From Lachnospiraceae bacterium (GTDB lineage Bacteria > Bacillota > Clostridia > Lachnospirales > Lachnospiraceae): a stretch of 64,000 bases of DNA. The notes beneath the pieces are model-generated. The model made no database searches. It had not been told where the DNA came from and was given only the letters and a program-made list of their open reading frames with translations. The DNA lies in assembly GCA_017427685.1 (NCBI GenBank), contig JAFRSH010000027.1, forward strand, positions 2,477 to 66,476. Reading direction: 5' to 3'. How positions within the stretch are numbered: position 1 is the first letter of the stretch; the number at the start of each line of letters is the position of its first letter. The position numbers and the translations under genes were made by a program. This document shows, in pieces, positions 19,897 to 28,395 of the stretch.

Positions 19897-20048
19897 CATA
19901 CGGTTTCTCCTGCCGCGAACCATCTTTCGAGGATACGCTCGCGCTCAGGTCCTCGCGCAGCGGTTCTAACCTCTGACCTACGGTCATCGCTAAGAACCGG
20001 CGTTGCGGATGCTCCCCGAAAGACGCTTCGGGCGCGGAGAAACCTATG
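19897..20048 (+). repeat. Interspersed palindromic repeat, family A, long form (copy A1)
   Basis: About 150 nt. Outer arms CATAcGGTTTCTCCTGCCGCGAA ... TTCGGGCGCGGAGAAACCTATG. The inner module is shared with copies at 21521 and 22737. Confidence 0.85.
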
Positions 20049-20106
20049 CACACTGGGAATAAAACTATTTACAGAGCTAGAATGATTTTGAAAGATTATC
20101 AGAAGT

Positions 20107-20796
20107 ATGAATAATAATGATATAGCGGAAGTAAAGATACCGTCAGAAGAGCTGTTAAACGGAATTAACGCAGTGATATTTGATTTAGATGGCACACTCA
20201 TCGACTCCATGTGGATGTGGAAGCAGATCGATATAGATTATCTGGCCTCAAAGGGAAAGCCTTTCCCACCGAATCTGCAGGACACGATCTCGGGGATGAG
20301 CTTTTCGGAGACGGCGGTGTACTTTAAGGAGACTTTCGGGATCGAGGATGATCTCGATACGATCAAGAAATGTTGGAACGACATGGCGTGGGAGATGTAC
20401 AGCACGCGCGTTACTCTTAAGGAGGGAGCGCTTGAGTTCCTTAAGTACCTCAAGGAGCGCGGGATCAAGACCGGCATCGCGACAAGCAACTCGAATGAGC
20501 TCGCCTTCATGGTTACGAAGCGACTCGGCATCGACGCCTATATCGACGAGATCCACACTGCCTGCGAAGTCGAGAAAGGCAAACCGAGCCCCGATATCTA
20601 CCTCTTTGTAGCCGAGACGCTCGGAGTCGACCCTTCGGAGTGCCTGGTGTTCGAGGATGTGCTCCGCGGAGTCATCGCAGGACTCAGAGCCGGGATGCGT
20701 GTGTGCGCGTTCTATGATCCTGCGAGCGCATATGAGGACGAGGAGAAGAGGGAAGCTGCGAACTGCTACCTTCATTCTTTTAAAGAATTGATATAA
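20107..20796 (+). CDS. HAD-superfamily hydrolase (beta-phosphoglucomutase-like subfamily IA)
   Basis: Motif I FDLDGTLIDS, motif II GIATSN, and a motif III/IV region KGKPSPDIY...FEDVLRG. Confidence 0.8.
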   Translation: MNNNDIAEVKIPSEELLNGINAVIFDLDGTLIDSMWMWKQIDIDYLASKGKPFPPNLQDTISGMSFSETAVYFKETFGIEDDLDTIKKCWNDMAWEMYSTRVTLKEGALEFLKYLKERGIKTGIATSNSNELAFMVTKRLGIDAYIDEIHTACEVEKGKPSPDIYLFVAETLGVDPSECLVFEDVLRGVIAGLRAGMRVCAFYDPASAYEDEEKREAANCYLHSFKELI

Positions 20797-20798
20797 CA

Positions 20799-20860
20799 CA
20801 TACGTTTTCTCCTGCCACGAATCATCTTTCCGGGAGACGCTTCGGGCGCGGAGAAACCTT
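20799..20860 (+). repeat. Family A repeat, short form (copy A2; arms only, inner module absent)
   Basis: CATACGTTTTCTCCTGCCACGAA...CTTCGGGCGCGGAGAAACC matches both ends of A1 but lacks the central ~90 nt. Confidence 0.8.
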
Positions 20861-20886
20861 AATACCTCTTCAAAAAGGAGAATCAC

Positions 20887-21480
20887 ATGGAAAAGAAACA
20901 GAAACTCGTCCCTGCAAAGGGATCACGCGGATATATCGACAGAACAAAGAAACTCGCGATACTTGTTGCAGCGGGCTCATTTATGCTCGCAGCTGCCATG
21001 TTCATCGCGGGCCTGTTCCTGTTTGACAGCAAGTTTAACGTGCTTTCGATATTCGCGGCGCTTATCGTCATCCCGTTCGCGGGTGCGATCACGAGGTTTG
21101 TACTTTTCGCAAAGTACAAGTCTGTGAGCGAAGAGGACGAGAAGAAGGTCTTTGATGCGTCTCCCGCAGGAAGTACGACACTTTCTGATGTGGTATTGAC
21201 ATCGACTGAACGTGCGATGGGACTTGCGTTCGTGGTAATCACGGACAACGAGGTTGCAGCGCTTAAAGCGACCGGAGAGAAACTTCCCGCAGTCAAGCTC
21301 TACGAGTACCTGAAGGACCTTGTGAAGCGCAAGGGCTTCGCTAACTCTGTTGAAGTGGTTGAAGATATGGATAAATTCCTTAAACACCTCGGAACGCTTT
21401 CGGAATCTCCCGCACGTGCCGAAGATGAGGAAGATCCTCAGCAGGAAGTTGTTGAGATGCTGCGAGTTTATATGGCATGA
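20887..21480 (+). CDS. Hypothetical membrane protein (two N-terminal TM helices)
   Basis: Strong RBS (AAGGAG). TM helices LAILVAAGSFMLAAAMFIAGLFLF and VLSIFAALIVIPFAGAI. No recognised domain. Confidence 0.55.
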   Translation: MEKKQKLVPAKGSRGYIDRTKKLAILVAAGSFMLAAAMFIAGLFLFDSKFNVLSIFAALIVIPFAGAITRFVLFAKYKSVSEEDEKKVFDASPAGSTTLSDVVLTSTERAMGLAFVVITDNEVAALKATGEKLPAVKLYEYLKDLVKRKGFANSVEVVEDMDKFLKHLGTLSESPARAEDEEDPQQEVVEMLRVYMA

Positions 21481-21520
21481 TTTGCTACCCGCACGATCAA
21501 CTTTTGAATGATCATTTGTT

Positions 21521-21669
21521 TAAAGGATTATCTGCGCAGAAGCGTTTTCAGAGAGCATCCGCAACGCCGGTTCTTAACGACGACTGAAGGAAGGAGTATA
21601 GAACCGCTGCGTGAGGACCTGAGCGCGAGCGTATCTCTGAAAATGCTTCGTGGCAGGATAATCCGTAAG
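21521..21669 (-). repeat. Family A repeat, long form, inverted orientation (copy A3)
   Basis: Reverse complement aligns with A1 and A4 over the inner module (GCATCCGCAACGCCGGTTCTTA...GAACCGCTGCG). Outer arms changed to GGATTATC / GATAATCC. Confidence 0.85.
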
Positions 21670-21681
21670 AGGACAACACGG

Positions 21682-22704
21682 ATGAAAGCTATTGCTATCG
21701 GTGCTAACGAACACGGTCAGCGTGTCGACAGGCTTGTCGGCAAGCTTATTCCGCGCGCCGAGAAGGGGCTTGTCTATAAAGCGATCAGGAAGAAGATAGT
21801 TACTCTTAACGGCAAGAAGACCCAACCGGACGCAAGAGTTTGTGAGGGTGACGAGCTCAAGCTTTTCTTCAGTGACGACACTCTGCGTGAGCTCGGAGGG
21901 ACAGTCGGCAATGCCGGGGACAAGAGTATTTCGGGACAGACGGCCGGGACTGTTTCGAAAAAGAGCTCAAGCATAAAGGGCTACGAATTTGCCGAAAATA
22001 TCATCTACGAGGACACGGATGTGATCCTTGTCTATAAGCCTGCAGGGATCCTTTCGCAGGGGTCGGACAGCAACGAGGTCTCTCTCAACGATCTTTTGAT
22101 CGATCATCTCAGTCACAGCGGAAAGCTCTCGGGAACCGGGGAAACGTTCAAACCATCGGTATGCAACAGGCTTGACCGCAACACCGCAGGGATAGTTGTC
22201 TGCGGGTGTTCTCTGAAGGGACTCAGGATCATGTCATCCCTGATCCATGACAGAAAGCTTGAAAAGTATTATATGTGCGCGGTCAAAGGGATCATCACCG
22301 AACCCGGTGATCTTAAGGGGTGGCTCCTTAAGGATGAGAAGACCAACAAAGTAAAGATCTTTTCGGATGCGTCCGTACCGGGAGCTTTGAACATCGAAAC
22401 TAGGTACAGGCCGATCGCAAGTGCACATGGCATGACGCTCCTGGAGGTTGAACTGGTTACAGGGCGACCCCACCAGATCAGAGCGCATATGGCGAGTATA
22501 GGGCATCCTGTTGTCGGGGATCCGAAGTACGGGGATGTTGCGTTTAACCGCATGGCGGCGAAAGAGTATGGGATTAAACATCAGATGCTTGTCGCATGGA
22601 AGCTCAGGTTTCCCGAACTCGAAGAACTCAGTGGACTATCAAGTAAAGAATTCACGTGCAACACGCCTGAGTTCGTGAAAAAGATATTTGATCTAAATCT
22701 TTAG
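21682..22704 (+). CDS. RluA-family pseudouridine synthase
   Basis: S4-like N-terminus, catalytic region NRLDRNTAGIVV and HQIRAH. Start moved to ATG 21682 after AAGAGGA, because the first 58 codons of the track ORF translate repeat A3. Confidence 0.85.
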   Translation: MKAIAIGANEHGQRVDRLVGKLIPRAEKGLVYKAIRKKIVTLNGKKTQPDARVCEGDELKLFFSDDTLRELGGTVGNAGDKSISGQTAGTVSKKSSSIKGYEFAENIIYEDTDVILVYKPAGILSQGSDSNEVSLNDLLIDHLSHSGKLSGTGETFKPSVCNRLDRNTAGIVVCGCSLKGLRIMSSLIHDRKLEKYYMCAVKGIITEPGDLKGWLLKDEKTNKVKIFSDASVPGALNIETRYRPIASAHGMTLLEVELVTGRPHQIRAHMASIGHPVVGDPKYGDVAFNRMAAKEYGIKHQMLVAWKLRFPELEELSGLSSKEFTCNTPEFVKKIFDLNL

Positions 22705-22736
22705 TGGAATAATCATATGGAATAGGCATATTGCTG

Positions 22737-22886
22737 CGTACGGCTTCTCCTGCCACGAAACAACTTTCCGGGAGACGCTCTCGCTCTGTCCTCACGCAAC
22801 GGTTCTAAGCTCTGACCTACGGTCATCGCTAAGAACCGGCGTTGCGGATGCTCCCGAAAGTTATTTCGGGCGCGGATAAGCCTATG
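22737..22886 (+). repeat. Family A repeat, long form (copy A4)
   Basis: Same architecture and inner module as A1. Arms GGCTTCTCCTGCCACGAAA / ATTTCGGGCGCGGATAAGCC. Confidence 0.85.
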
Positions 22887-22946
22887 AGGATTTTTGAAAA
22901 AAAAAATTATTGTGGAATTGGATGGTCTATAGGACCGATCGTCAAG

Positions 22947-22975
22947 TTGTAAAAGATATATCGTTTTGATAAAAT
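22947..22975 (+). promoter_or_regulatory. Candidate promoter of the large surface-protein gene
   Basis: TTGTAA, 17-nt spacer, TAAAAT. Located 50 nt upstream of ATG 23025. Confidence 0.4.
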
Positions 22976-23024
22976 AATACAGATAGGGTTTTAGCAGATT
23001 ATTATGACTAAGGAGATACAGAAC

Positions 23025-26000
23025 ATGAGTTTTTTGCAACACTACGGTAAGAAAAACAGTACAGGGAATCGCTTTATAAGGATGATCGCTGCATTGTTTG
23101 CAGTGGTCTTTGCGTTCACATCGCTTCCTTCGGCGGATGCCTTTGCCGATACGACGTCGAAGGTTATGAATCCCAGATACATTTTCAGGGATGAAACTTC
23201 GGATGCGACAGGAATTCCCGCGTATTATCATAAAGGTGCAAAGTATACAGAGAACAGAACATACATGACCAACACTTTGGGAAATGTTTATATTTTGAAT
23301 GACTACGAAAAGAAGTTATATGATCAGGTCGTTCTTCTGCACATGTATCTCACTGATGCAAACAGAAATCAAAACAGCTTTTTAAGTCAGTTCAATAATG
23401 CATTTAATTCGGGTGATTTTGCGTTTGTGCAGGCCTATCAGGACCGTCATTTTTTCTCGATTGATTCTTCAAGAATGCCCGATGCATATAAGATCCCTTC
23501 TGTAGAGATCATGGTTGAAAAGCCGGGAACTGCAAGTGGGGGTGCAGTGTCGTATTATACAGAAAGTGAACTGAGAAGTCTTGAGGGCTCGTCCACTGTT
23601 CTTAGTGATGCTATAAGCAGTCAGTTTATTAATTTCGGAAGAGTAATGGAGGCTCTCTTTGTTGACCTTCCCGATCTTTTCTGGTGGGATAAAACCTGTG
23701 TGGCTTGGAATTACAGTTATAACAATGGCTCGAACGGAGGCATTGTTATAAGTGGCATTAATGTCTATCTTGCAAGTCAGCTTCTTAATTCAGGGGGATG
23801 CTATACGAAAGATACGATCCCTCAGACAATGAATTCAATAAACGCTTTTGCTGACAGAGTTATCTCTGAAGTAGCATCGAAAGGTTTCTGGGAAACTGTT
23901 AAGGGCGGTGAAGAAGCTGTTGTGACAGAAGTACCCGGTGTATTGTCGGATTATGACAAGTTGGTGGGCACAGCACTCATGCTTGAAAAACTGATCAAGT
24001 ATGATACCGCTTGCCTGGCTGCAGGAGGGGATGTTAACAGAGCAAAGCATTCGTCTCTCGGAATTGACTGTGTCGCACAGTATAGCGGATGGGGAACTCA
24101 TCTCTATGATTCGTCAGATGTGCTCGAGGCAGTTTGTGAAGGCTACGCCGAAATATATAAGTATATCTGTGACAGAACCCGATTCTACAACGATGTAAAG
24201 ATGGGAATTGAGATCGGTTACGTTGAAAACAAAAACTTAGAAACCGGTGTAACAACGTACGGAAGACATGAATGGAACATTGCAACAATAGAAGATGCTT
24301 CTTATGTGATCGATCTTACAAATGACGATTTCAATTGGTTACGCACTGATTTGAATTCATCTGTCAGCGATGCTGAAAGATATAAGTATAAGAATGCGCT
24401 CTTACTGAAAGGCAAAAAATCTTTTGATGCTTTTGATCAGAATACACAACCTGAAGAGGGAAAAGGTTATTACATTCAGTATAGCTATAAAGATTCAGAT
24501 GGCGTTACACACAAAATAACTCCGATACCGTTCTATTTGTTTGAGGGAACGACTATTAATATTAGTAATGACTTGCTTCCGCTCGTTACCGAAGCAGTGG
24601 GCTACGAACCTTCGTATAGCGGAGATTTTATAAAATGTCTTTCCGGGAAATATTACCCGATATTGCAAATAAAGGACAGCAATAACTATTGGGATAACGA
24701 TTCTTTGTTTGACAACATAAACAGCGTCCCTCAGATCATATATAAGGATGGGGAGTCTATAAACAGGGGGCTTTATATTGGTATTCAGACCGGATATGGA
24801 TCCACTTATGAAACCTGTTATGAATACGAACTGATCAAAGTGGATGAGTTTGCAGACGGAGTTATTCCGCCTCAGAATGGGACTGTTGTAAAAAGCGGAA
24901 CCTTTACAGATGTTGGGTATCACCCCATGGATGTGAACTTTGGTGATCCTCATGATCTGGCTCCCGGAAACTATACAATTTACGTTGTTGTAAATACTTG
25001 GTCTGGCTACAGTTATCCATTGAAAGGACAGAGCTTTACTGTCCTTCCTGCAACTCTGACTCCTTCTGTTGTTATTAAGAACGGAGCAAATAAGGTTACC
25101 ATAGCGCCGAGTGAGATCACATCTGACCTGAAGGATCGTTTTGAGATCAAGCTTGCAGGAGTTGCTTCGGGAGATACGGTGACTGCAGAGATCACCAATC
25201 TGGAGCTCACAAATGTGGTTGATCCGACAACCACAGCCGAGGGTTCGGCAGGTGTCAAGGCGACATTCAGACTGACAGGTACACACGCACAGAACTACGT
25301 GCTTGCGAACAATAATACAACCACTGTTACGCTTGATAATGCCATAACTATTTCTAAGAAACAGCAGGCTACCAATCCCGAGCAGGGCGGAACCACAGAA
25401 GGTGGCGGAACCTCAGGTGGTGGAACTGTAGGAGGAGGCACCGTAGGCGGTGAAACCACAGGAGGTGAAACTGTAGGTGGTGGAACCGAAGGTGGTGGAA
25501 CCGTAGGCGGAGGAACCTCAGGCGGTGGAACTGTAGGAGGCGGAACCGTAGGTGGAGGAACCTCAGGCGGTGGAACTGTAGGAGGCGGAACCGTAGGTGG
25601 AGGAACCTCAGACGGTGGAACTGTAGGAGGCGGATCTGTAGGAGGTGGAACCTCAGGAGGCGGAGGAGTCTCAGGAGGTGGAGCAGTCTCAGGCGGAGGT
25701 GGAGCAATCTCCGGTGGTGGAGGAGCAATCTCCGGAGGAGGAGCAACTTCAGGTGGCACCGACTCGACCAAGAAGGATGATGAAACTGCCGACGAGAAGA
25801 AAGAAGATAAAGCATCGGACGACAAAAAGGACGATAAGGCGTCGGACGATAAAAAAGACGACAAAAAAGAAGATGACGGAACCGTGGTGGTTGAAAACGA
25901 GGACGGATCGGTCACAACCACAAATATAAGCGTTAACAAGAAGGGCTCGGTGATCGTTGAGTCGGTTACCGAAAACACCGACGGCTCAACAGTCGAAACG

Positions 26001-26486
26001 AAGGTTAAAACAACAAAGTCGGGTAAGGTTACAGAGACAAACGTTGAAAAGGATGCGGACGGTAATGTTATTTCGACAGTCGAGAGCACATATTCGGTTT
26101 CAAGCAAGGGAACGGTCAAGATGACCGCGATCGAGACTGATGAAAAAGAAGTAGAGATCCCTAAGACTGTGGAAGTTGCCGGAGAAGAGCGCACTGTAAC
26201 ACAGATAGCCAAGTATGCTCTTAAAAACAACAAGACCATGACAAGCGCCCGAATCGGTGAGAACATCACATCGATCGGATCGGGAGCATTTAAGAACAAC
26301 AAGAAGCTCAAGACCATCGAACTGACGGATTCCGTAAAAAAGGTTTATAAGAATGCTTTCAAGGGAATCGCAAAGAATGCGGTCTTCAAGATCAAGGCTT
26401 CTTCGAAGAAGAAGTTCGATAAGATCGTAGCCCTTCTCAAAGCATCCGGTGTGAGTGACACCGTGACCTTTGAAATGGTAGAGTAA
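23025..26486 (+). CDS. Large secreted/cell-surface protein: transglutaminase-like core, Gly-rich repeat spacer, BspA-type leucine-rich repeats
   Basis: Signal peptide FIRMIAALFAVVFAFTSLPSADAFA. Cys...His...Asp arrangement (VCEGYAEIYKYIC ... GRHEWNIA ... VIDLTND). The GGGT[SV] repeats, a Lys/Asp-rich spacer, and C-terminal LRRs (VTQIAKYALKNNKTMTSARIGENITSIGSGAFKNNKKLKTIEL). An alternative ATG exists at 23004. Confidence 0.75.
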   Translation: MSFLQHYGKKNSTGNRFIRMIAALFAVVFAFTSLPSADAFADTTSKVMNPRYIFRDETSDATGIPAYYHKGAKYTENRTYMTNTLGNVYILNDYEKKLYDQVVLLHMYLTDANRNQNSFLSQFNNAFNSGDFAFVQAYQDRHFFSIDSSRMPDAYKIPSVEIMVEKPGTASGGAVSYYTESELRSLEGSSTVLSDAISSQFINFGRVMEALFVDLPDLFWWDKTCVAWNYSYNNGSNGGIVISGINVYLASQLLNSGGCYTKDTIPQTMNSINAFADRVISEVASKGFWETVKGGEEAVVTEVPGVLSDYDKLVGTALMLEKLIKYDTACLAAGGDVNRAKHSSLGIDCVAQYSGWGTHLYDSSDVLEAVCEGYAEIYKYICDRTRFYNDVKMGIEIGYVENKNLETGVTTYGRHEWNIATIEDASYVIDLTNDDFNWLRTDLNSSVSDAERYKYKNALLLKGKKSFDAFDQNTQPEEGKGYYIQYSYKDSDGVTHKITPIPFYLFEGTTINISNDLLPLVTEAVGYEPSYSGDFIKCLSGKYYPILQIKDSNNYWDNDSLFDNINSVPQIIYKDGESINRGLYIGIQTGYGSTYETCYEYELIKVDEFADGVIPPQNGTVVKSGTFTDVGYHPMDVNFGDPHDLAPGNYTIYVVVNTWSGYSYPLKGQSFTVLPATLTPSVVIKNGANKVTIAPSEITSDLKDRFEIKLAGVASGDTVTAEITNLELTNVVDPTTTAEGSAGVKATFRLTGTHAQNYVLANNNTTTVTLDNAITISKKQQATNPEQGGTTEGGGTSGGGTVGGGTVGGETTGGETVGGGTEGGGTVGGGTSGGGTVGGGTVGGGTSGGGTVGGGTVGGGTSDGGTVGGGSVGGGTSGGGGVSGGGAVSGGGGAISGGGGAISGGGATSGGTDSTKKDDETADEKKEDKASDDKKDDKASDDKKDDKKEDDGTVVVENEDGSVTTTNISVNKKGSVIVESVTENTDGSTVETKVKTTKSGKVTETNVEKDADGNVISTVESTYSVSSKGTVKMTAIETDEKEVEIPKTVEVAGEERTVTQIAKYALKNNKTMTSARIGENITSIGSGAFKNNKKLKTIELTDSVKKVYKNAFKGIAKNAVFKIKASSKKKFDKIVALLKASGVSDTVTFEMVE
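25384..25757 (+). repeat. In-frame tandem repeat (45-nt unit and variants) encoding GGGTSGGGTVGGGTV
   Basis: Near-identical adjacent 45-nt units are visible, e.g. 25507-25551 versus 25552-25596. The repeats degenerate at both ends. Confidence 0.85.
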
Positions 26487-26554
26487 AAATGACCCACAAA
26501 GAGGAAGCGCTTGCGCTTCCCCCGTCCCCATGGGACCATCGAGAGGAAACAGAC

Positions 26555-27088
26555 ATGCCGGCATGGAATTCACGAGGCCTCAGGGGCTCGGCGTTTGAGG
26601 AAAGGATCAACCTTACAAACGAGAAGCTGCGGGACCGCGGGCTTGCGCTTGTACAGAAGATCCCCACACCCATTACACCCATTGAGATGGATAAGGAACA
26701 CGGCCACATTACGCTCGCGTACTTTGACAAGAAGAGTACCGTCGATTATGTGGGAGTAGTTCAGGGTGTGCCGGTATGCTTTGATGCCAAAGAATCGGCA
26801 ACCGATACATTCGCTCTGAGCAATGTCCATGAGCATCAGGTAAAGTTTATGGAGGACTTTGAGAAGCAGGACGGCGTTGCGTTCCTGCTCATAAGCTTTA
26901 CGGGCAGCGGGCGGCTCTACTATATGCGTAGTAGAGAACTAAAGGTTTTCTGGGACAGAGCGCAAAGCGGTGGACGAAAGAGTGTGAGAGCTGATGAACT
27001 AGACGAGGAGTACTTCTTTGGACAGGGCGACGGGCTTGTGATCCCGTACCTTGAGATGCTTCAGAAGGATCTCGAAGAGAGAGAATAA
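26555..27088 (+). CDS. recU: Holliday-junction resolvase RecU
   Basis: NSRGLRGSAFEERIN, VDYVGVVQGVPVCFDAKES and HQVKFM blocks are typical of RecU. ATG 26555 follows GAGAGGAAA. Confidence 0.85.
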   Translation: MPAWNSRGLRGSAFEERINLTNEKLRDRGLALVQKIPTPITPIEMDKEHGHITLAYFDKKSTVDYVGVVQGVPVCFDAKESATDTFALSNVHEHQVKFMEDFEKQDGVAFLLISFTGSGRLYYMRSRELKVFWDRAQSGGRKSVRADELDEEYFFGQGDGLVIPYLEMLQKDLEERE

Positions 27089-27186
27089 TACAGTGTTATA
27101 AGGAAATACAGGGTTGATAAAACTCTAAAAAATCATATGAGAGACCGATACTTTGTGTTGAGTGTTGGACTGAGAGGAGAAATCTT

Positions 27187-27627
27187 ATGAGAGTCGAAAG
27201 ATTAAAGGAATACACACCGGAGGCTGCTAATCGCATCCGCGAGCTTTTGATCCAGCTTTCGCGCAGCAAGAAAGACCGTGGAGAGATCCCGCGCGAGTGG
27301 TTTGAGGAGGTCATCAATTCTCCGCACAACGACATGCTTCTTGCTGTAAATGATGAAGGGAAGATCGTCGGAATCGCTACACTTTCGATCATCATGGGAC
27401 CGATCTGCAGAAAGAATGCGTACCTTGAAGATTTCGTTACGGACGAGTCTGTCCGCGGACAGGGTGTCGGTGGTATGCTTTTTGCAGCTATGCTCGAGTG
27501 GGCAGCCGAAAAGGGCTGCGGTGAGCTCAACTTCACTTCCGGAAAGGGACGCGAAGAAGCCTGGAGATTCTACCAGAACAAAGGCGCCGAAATTTACGAT
27601 ACAAACTTTTTTAAGAAGAAGATATAA
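27187..27627 (+). CDS. GNAT-family N-acetyltransferase
   Basis: Acetyl-CoA motif VDESVRGQGVGGMLFAAMLEWAAEKG. Confidence 0.8.
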   Translation: MRVERLKEYTPEAANRIRELLIQLSRSKKDRGEIPREWFEEVINSPHNDMLLAVNDEGKIVGIATLSIIMGPICRKNAYLEDFVTDESVRGQGVGGMLFAAMLEWAAEKGCGELNFTSGKGREEAWRFYQNKGAEIYDTNFFKKKI

Positions 27628-27672
27628 ATCATCATCGACGACAAAAATACTATAAAATTTGGCACAAAGGCA

Positions 27673-27981
27673 TTAATCATATTCGAACATACCTTGAATG
27701 GCATCTGAGATGTTCATTATGTCTTGATACTTCAAGGAATCTGTTTTGTTGACAGCTCTGACAGCAGGATCAATCATTTTTAATTGTTCGCATATTACTG
27801 TGCCTTTAGTGCCATTTTTGCCGATCACAGGAATATGGAGAGGACCATCGGTGTATTCCAAAAGAAGGGGACTTACGTGAAATACACCCAAGGCTTGTAT
27901 GAATGCATTCTTGCTGGTTATAACAAAATGGTGTTTTCCTAATCCATCTATCTTTACTATATCGCCTTGACAGTAAGTCAT
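27673..27981 (-). CDS. PemK/MazF-family toxin (mRNA interferase-like)
   Basis: 102 aa. GDIVKID...HHFVITS...VICEQLKMID pattern. 4-nt overlap with the upstream antitoxin gene, in an AT-rich island. Confidence 0.7.
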   Translation of the reverse strand: MTYCQGDIVKIDGLGKHHFVITSKNAFIQALGVFHVSPLLLEYTDGPLHIPVIGKNGTKGTVICEQLKMIDPAVRAVNKTDSLKYQDIMNISDAIQGMFEYD

Positions 27982-28220
27982 AACAGTTCCCTCCCGACAG
28001 GTTCACCCCAATCAAAATCACAAGCAGATATTTTATTATGGTATTCCAGCATTCTCTCTTCAAAAGTCTTATGACGGAAAGCTTTTCGAAGAATTATTTC
28101 ATCATGGTAAACCTCAATATCAAGAGTGTCAGATATTTTAAGCCCCATTATATCCATGATTTCTTTGCTAAGACGTATTCCTTGGCTGTTACCCCAAGAT
28201 CTGATAGCCACCTGAGACAT
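27978..28220 (-). CDS. AbrB/MazE-family antitoxin
   Basis: SpoVT-AbrB pattern VAIRSWGNSQGIRLSKEIMDIMGL. ATG 28220 follows GGAGG; the track ORF is extended upstream by 17 codons. Confidence 0.7.
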   Translation of the reverse strand: MSQVAIRSWGNSQGIRLSKEIMDIMGLKISDTLDIEVYHDEIILRKAFRHKTFEERMLEYHNKISACDFDWGEPVGRELL

Positions 28221-28327
28221 ATAGAAGACCTCCTTTAGTATATACGTATATACAGGATAACGTATATACATGGATAAGTCAAGAGGGGATTATGAATTAC
28301 AATTTGCTTAAAAGACATAAAAAACAC

Positions 28328-28357
28328 TTGACGGGATAACCGGCTGACCATTATAAT
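28328..28357 (+). promoter_or_regulatory. Candidate his-operon promoter
   Basis: TTGACG, 18-nt spacer, TATAAT. Confidence 0.55.
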
Positions 28358-28371
28358 CGTTTTAATTTACT

Positions 28372-28395
28372 ACCTTGCTACTATAGTAGCAAGGT
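28372..28395. promoter_or_regulatory. Perfect palindrome just downstream of the -10 box; candidate operator or leader hairpin
   Basis: CCTTGCTACTA|TAGTAGCAAGG (22 nt perfect, 24 with the flanking A/T pair), 15 nt after TATAAT and 34 nt before the hisZ ATG. Confidence 0.45.

Noticed and set aside
21508-21681. N-terminal 58 codons of track ORF 21508..22704. A recurring peptide, EHPQRRFL(A/T)(M/T)T(V/E)G(Q/R)(R/S)(L/I)EPLRED, also appears in ORFs 19250..20053(-) and 22713..23231(-).
   Set aside because: The shared peptide is simply the translation of the family A nucleotide repeat in one frame. The copies have no common start codon or RBS, and frame and strand context differ between them. I treat it as a non-coding repeat and moved the rluA-family start to 21682.
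25384-25757. Regularly spaced repeats that could superficially suggest a CRISPR array.
   Set aside because: The units are directly adjacent 45-nt repeats with no unique spacers, they lie in frame within a CDS, and no cas genes are nearby.
25295-26317. 340-aa Pro-rich minus-strand ORF (PPTVPPPEVPPP...), plus a 148-aa His/Leu/Arg-rich ORF at 25369..25815.
   Set aside because: These are antisense or alternative-frame readings of the GGN-rich tandem repeat. The plus-strand frame is continuous with a signal peptide upstream and LRRs downstream.
26502-26520. Perfect hairpin GGAAGCGC-tt-GCGCTTCC right after the surface-protein stop codon, a possible terminator.
   Set aside because: No U-tract follows (CCCGTCCCC), and recU starts 35 nt later. 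At most it is an RNA stability element, so it is not called as a terminator.
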